Assembly: GCA_951406725.2 (NCBI GenBank)
Contig: OX597831.1
Coordinates: 54,436,001 to 54,500,000, forward strand
Reading direction: 5' to 3'
Length of the DNA stretch: 64,000 bases
DNA from: Octopus vulgaris
Taxonomy: Eukaryota
Position 1 is the stretch's first letter. Each line of letters begins with the position of its first letter. Below the pieces are notes generated by a model, which saw nothing but the letters and a program-made list of their open reading frames with translations, ran no database searches and had not been told where the DNA came from. Shown piece after piece: positions 61,491 through 64,000 of this stretch. Made by a program: the position numbers and the translations under genes.

Positions 61491-64000
61491 AGTGCAAAGG
61501 AGAGAAGAAAGATAGCCTTCTTTGTATAAATGAAAACACTACAGCTATTAAGAGCTAACTGTTCTTAATGATTTAACGAAGAGCATGATGTTGTTATTCA
61601 CTATTGGCATAAATACTCTAGAACATTTTGCTTTATCCTTGTTATAATATTATAATTGCTTTTAATTTAATTCTCTTTTATTCTTAATTATGTTTAATTA
61701 TCCTTTTTCTCTGATTTCTTATCTGTTCTTAATTTAGATATATTTTTATTCTAATTGGATTATCTAGGTACTTATAAATTTCAAATTCATCTTTTTCTTA
61801 TTTAAGATGTTAGGTACAATAAGAGGGAGGTTCGTTTGTTACTTTCTGCAGATTGATCATCATATAGGTTCCTTCATTGTTTTGTCCATTCAGTGTTGAA
61901 AACCTAGCTATTTTAAGGTTGAATTTTTTTTTAACTGCATATCCTCTCCTTGGTAAATATTCCCTTTTGACTAATGAAAATAAATTGATTTTTGGGGAGC
62001 TAAATAAGCACAAGTTGAATAAGTTACGTTTTCAAGGCACTAAGGTAGACACTATTAAATTCATACAATGTTATTGTATAAGCTAAGGCTCCTAGCTTAT
62101 TGAGTGTGATGCTTGCTACTACTTTAGTTAACATTTGTTTTCATTTACCTCATTATTAGAGACAATGATTAATTCATAATTTCTCTACTGATGCTAAGAA
62201 AAATATTTTGTATGTGAGATAAGCTAATACTTCTTCAATTTTGTTTTCTGTCTTGTTCCATGGTTTTGTAAGATAATGTTTTTTTATTTGTTTTTATTAG
62301 AACATCTGTTTTTAAAGAATAGAACTTGTTTCCTGTAAGTCAAACAACAGTAAGCATTGATTCTTTGTTCAGGAGCACAATAAATTAGCTTTAGTAAAAT
62401 TTGAACCTATGACCATATAGTCAGAAGTCTTCATAGGCATTGTGCTTTGATCTTTGATGTATTAGATGTTTTCCTTCTCAGTGATATTTTCTGTATCACC
62501 TACACGGTGGTTTCTGAGATATTAGATCACTAATTATTAAAAACTCATGAGTTTGTATCTACTGCTGGCTTTTTAAAGTAACTCTGGACAAAATATAGAA
62601 TTGTGTGCCTATTTTCATCTAACTCTGAAGAATTAGTACCTGTCTTTTTTATAGGCAAATTACCTGCAATATGCTTACATCTTATCCAGGTATAATTTTA
62701 CCTTTCGTCTGCTTAATGTTACAGGGATCAGGTTAAAGCACTAACCTTAAGGATTATGATCTGTCTATGAAGAGGATTAATTTTGAATGAAGCTTAATTG
62801 TGTTGCACTACTTCTGATGGACATTTTATTTTGCAAACTTTTCTGTAAATGGGAAATTTAAGATTTAGGGTAGCTATTTCATGAACTACCTTTTTTTTTT
62901 TTTTGCTGGGGTGTGCATTTTCATGAACTATTGTGGTACTTTCTCCATATAAATCTTTCCTGTTAGAGATTTTGATAAAATGCAGTTAATCCAGTATAAA
63001 AATATTGACAGGATAACTAATACATCAATTTAATCAAAATATTCTGGTACTATGTAATGATCATTGGTGTATCCTGTGAATGTGATTTTTACCTGTTACC
63101 ATGTCCTTTCACCTTCCACAGTAGGTTGAATACAGTGGATGACATATGTTTTCAACTATTTTTACAAGATATTGATCCATGTGCATGGATTCCATGATAA
63201 ATAAATAACAATAAATTAATCATTAATAAATAATCTCACCAAAATGTAGTTCACTGCTTTAAGTATTAGCCACCATTAAGCTGGCAAATTGAAGAGAGAA
63301 AAATTCAGGGAAACTTCCTTAATAAAACACACATGCATGCACGCACACACACTCAGTGTAAACAGGAAGTCCTTTGTAGCAGGTTCTTTCTAAAATTAGG
63401 TTAAATTTTGTTTCTTGCACAGAAGATTTTTACCACTGAAAAAACAATACTATTTCAGCTACCATTTCCTGCAGTTCAGGATTGGTGATACATGTGGATA
63501 TCTGCAGTACAGGACTTCATGAGTTAAATTACTCATTCATAGGAGTGGTAACAAATACTAATGAATTATTGACTGAAAATCTAGCAAACTGACTCTGTAA
63601 TATCTTTACATTTTCATTTGCCCATTTTTCTTTTTTATGACCCATCTAGGAAGTCGTTATTCCCAGTTCATAATATTGCATCATAGGAACTTTGAAAAAC
63701 CTGCCAACTTCAGCACTTGTAACATTATAAAGTGAATATAAAGTTCTCTCTCCCTTTTTACTATTTGCATCCAGTTGCTTTGATACCGAAGCCTAGTGGT
63801 AAATGTTTGTATCAATAGTATGAAGTTTGATTAGTTGTTCAAATAAGAATCAGTCTCTTGTTTTATTTCATATTCAACTTGTTTTGTGACTGTGCAGGAT
63901 GAATTTGGGTTAGATGCTATGCTAATCAATAGTTATTCAGATAGGTGTAATTAATAGTTTCATATGTAAAATTTAATGTGAGTAACCATATGTTGCTATG

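Overview
AT-rich, repeat-dense animal genomic DNA; no prokaryote-style operon, CRISPR array, rRNA or intact tRNA is visible. The SINE/LINE repertoire and (TA)n/(CA)n/(CAT)n load look like an Octopus (coleoid cephalopod) genome, which is an inference from recalled repeat sequences. One host gene is supported: a first coding exon at 14172-14565 (+), Ser/Thr/Gln-rich, product unidentified. It lies in a CpG-retaining, transposon-free island (~12.2-17.3 kb) and is followed by an apparent intron of at least 33 kb and possibly over 49 kb. The rest is decayed mobile DNA: tRNA-headed SINE families (called A-D here), RTE and CR1-group LINE fragments, Penelope-like remnants, mariner relics, and hAT, piggyBac and Tc1 MITEs. 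Nearly all ORFs in the track are spurious. Best leads: (1) three SINE/LINE partner pairs readable in this window, two with co-varying 3' stem-loops and one SINE head swapped between two LINE tails; (2) a candidate recursive-splice site or microexon at 47953/47954; (3) hammerhead-like motifs with GUU triplets; (4) an RTE fragment resembling flatworm RTEs; (5) a mariner made of two 5' halves; (6) intronic inverted SINE pairs that could be ADAR substrates. Repeat boundaries are by eye (about +/-10-20 nt unless a TSD or TIR is quoted).
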